64,000 bases of DNA from Azolla caroliniana (taxonomy: Eukaryota; Plantae; Polypodiophyta), in contig JBHGNT010000012.1 in NCBI GenBank assembly GCA_043228905.1, positions 15,500,001 to 15,564,000 of the forward strand. Direction: 5' to 3'. Below are positions 61,561 through 64,000 of this stretch, one piece after another. Position numbers and translations under genes: made by a program. The notes under the pieces were generated by a model. It was not told the DNA's origin and made no database searches. It worked only from the letters and a program-made list of their open reading frames with translations. The first letter of the stretch is position 1. Every line of letters starts with the position of its first letter.

Positions 61561-64000
61561 AGGGGGAGTTTGTTGGGAGACAGGTCCCTCCGGATGGGAA
61601 GGAAGAAGAATAGTGCCGATGAACAAACGGTATGAGGAGTACCCGGCTACGGAGAGCCGGATGATATAGACCCGGTGAGGACCGGATGAGGAGTACTCGG
61701 CTACGGAGAGCCGGATGATACATTCCCGGTGAAGACCGGATGAGGAGTACTCCGCTACGGAGAGCCGGATGATACAGGCCCGGTATGAACCGGATGAGGA
61801 GTACCCGGCTACGGAGAGCCGGATGGTGCAGAACCGGTGAGAACCGGAGGAAGAGACATATTCGTAAATATGTTTCTGAGAGCCCATCGAGGCTATATTT
61901 GTAAATAGCCGAAAAGTCATATTAGTATAAATATGACTTAGGGCAAACTTTTAGTTGAGGTTGTCGTTCTTCCTTGTTGGTGCAAGAAGAAGAGAGAGCA
62001 CGTAATAGTGTAGAGAGAGAGAGAGAGAAAGAGGTCGTTGCCTCTATTGTAACCGCCGCGTGTGGCGAAGATCTGTGAGCACGAGGTCGTTGCCTCAGTG
62101 AACTCACTGTTGTACATTCTCACATAGTGACAGTTTGCAGCCTGTGGGCTGCCGTGGTTTTTCCCTCTTTGGGTTTTCCACGTAAACCTCCTGTGTATCT
62201 TCCTCTCCTTTGTGTTGTGTTTTATTTCCCGTTTTCTGTGTATCATTCTACGCTCGGTTGTGGCCGAGCGTCGCGCATAAGGAACGTCGGGTTCCTGTCA
62301 TATATCGAGAGACTCTACCATGTCCCGAACCAACCACCTAGATTCCAATGCCTTACACACCCCGACCTAACATGGGGACACTTTTCACGACCTCTAGGGT
62401 CAAGAAGGTCATAAAAAAATTACAACATAGGAAATCCATGGACCACACAGAATTGCGAGTTGAGCACATCATATATGCTCGAGAGTGCCTAGCCCCCTTT
62501 CTCACTCTAATCTTCAACCGCGCCCTCGCCGAGGGTTTTCCACCACAATGGACCATGAACATAGTGGCCCCAATACATAAAGGAGGGGACCCAATGGACC
62601 TAAATACATATAGGACCATTATGATAGGTCATATGCTCGCTAAACTATATGGTGTAGTAATGGAAGCGGAGCTCAGCGATTATATGGAAACATTAAGTCT
62701 TTGAACACCTGAGCAAGTTGGCTTTAGACGAGCCTTCTCTAGTATTGACCATATCTTCACACTTAGGTGCTTAATTGACCAAACAAAGGCTCGTAAGAAG
62801 AAATTATATTGTTGATTTGTGGACTTCGGCAAAGCCTTTGACAATTCCCAGGGAGAAGTTGTTTGATAGACTTAAGAGCTTGGAGATACCAAATGACATG
62901 ATCTGGGCCATTTATGCCCTATATCAACAAGTCTCTGGGTGCGTAAGATGCCCAAGTGGCCTATCCGATTGTTGGTTGCCCCCTATCACCGACTCTTTTT
63001 GGGATCTACATTGATAAGATCACTGATTTTATTGCTCGTAAGGGAGGCAAGGGAGTAGCTATTAGGGATACGCAAGTTGGTCTCTTACTCTACGCAGACG
63101 ACATTGTCTTGCTCTCGGAGTCGGAACACGACCTACAAAAGCATCTTAATGCCCTAGATGACTTTTGTACACTACGAGGACTAGTAGTGAATCTAGTGAA
63201 AACTAAAGTCCTTATCTTTCATACATCGTCCCGAGTTAGGAATAAATGTCACCTAATCCTCTCTCATAAACTAGTTGAGGTAGTTGGATCATATGTATAC
63301 TTGGGAGTCACTTTTAGTGCTTGCTCAGGTAAATTCTTGATGACCCAGGCAGCCAAAGATAGGCTAACGAGAGGGTATGCATCCCTCTCACTCTTAGAGA
63401 GACAATCCACCAAGCATACTTTCAAGAGCCACGGACTAAGGGATGGCTCTTCGACTCATTAGTGACCCCTTCCCTCATGTATGCATCAGTAGTATGGGCT
63501 CTAGGTCTACCATCTTTCATGTGGACACAATTAGCCAACCACAAGATAGGTTTTATTACACGACCAAGATATCTAGATACATTCTTATCAAATGCACTAA
63601 GGGTGGCCATTGGACAACTTAGGATATCATCTCACCAACTTGAGATTGAGAATGGTCGGGCTAATAGAGTTCCTAGGGAGGAAAGGCTATGTAGGTTGTG
63701 CCACATAGAGATAGAGGATGAGTGTCACTTCACATGCAAGTGCCCAACTTATGCCGAGATACGAGTGGAATACCAAGACATATTAGTACCCTCTCCCACC
63801 CTCTCCAAACTATTAGATACCCTGGATGTAAAGAGACTAGGTAGGTATATCTTAGAGCTAAAACAACATAGGGAGAATAAATTACAAAGTGTTAACCATA
63901 ACCCTTTTACTATTCATCAACTTGTAACTAGTGTAATTTTTCAGGAACAAGGGGAGACGATGAATGTGGATACACTTACGCTGCTCGGCCTCTCTCTTGA

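Larger units (their letters stand above)
48848..62300 (+). mobile_element. Full-length Tork-like Copia; 5' LTR split by a Gypsy
   Basis: TSD TATAT (48843-48847, 62301-62305); 5' LTR 48848-49006 plus 56913-57483; PBS TGGTATCAGAGC 57486-57497; PPT; 3' LTR 61571-62300 with ~57-bp repeats. Confidence 0.95.
45727..63900 (+). mobile_element. Degenerate LINE ORF2 (APE-RT-Zn; RTEX-like) in three pieces: 45727-46479, 48292-48847, 62306-~63900
   Basis: EN: DIVFLVETH, GSGGVAIL, VGDF, STVDYLIG, ADHSFL; KWYDEDC; RT: GCPLSPTLFGIYID, LLYADDIVL, YVYLGV; C-terminus LRISSHQLEIENGR...CRLC...EDECHFTCKC. Confidence 0.88.

Overview
Eukaryotic, gene-free, transposon-saturated DNA. The element mix (Tcn1-like chromoviruses, Bryco-like and Tork-like Copia, a Phygy-like Gypsy, an RTEX-like LINE) suggests a bryophyte, probably a moss; this is an inference. 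Nearly all of the window resolves into two nested stacks. (1) A Tcn1-like Gypsy with LTRs at ~4.46-4.58 kb and 39.35-39.76 kb, inflated to ~35 kb by an intact young Tork-like Copia (5081-10438), further chromoviruses, two Bryco-like Copia, a non-coding LTR element and several solo LTRs. (2) A LINE (~45.7-63.9 kb) containing a solo LTR and a Tork-like Copia (48848-62300), whose 5' LTR holds a full-length Gypsy (49007-56908). Between the stacks is a TIR-bounded element (41017-44547) with an AT-rich palindrome array. Main observations: a Gypsy family whose insertions have 4-bp TSDs reading (or inferred to have read) CCGG or CCGT/ACGG; antisense tRNA-like Pol III A/B-box modules in U3 of several unrelated LTR families; a -1 frameshift heptamer plus pseudoknot between protease and RT; co-varying self-priming PBS/R pairs; and strong CCGG enrichment in the Copia elements. 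Coordinates were read by eye; lineage names come from motif recognition, not database searches.
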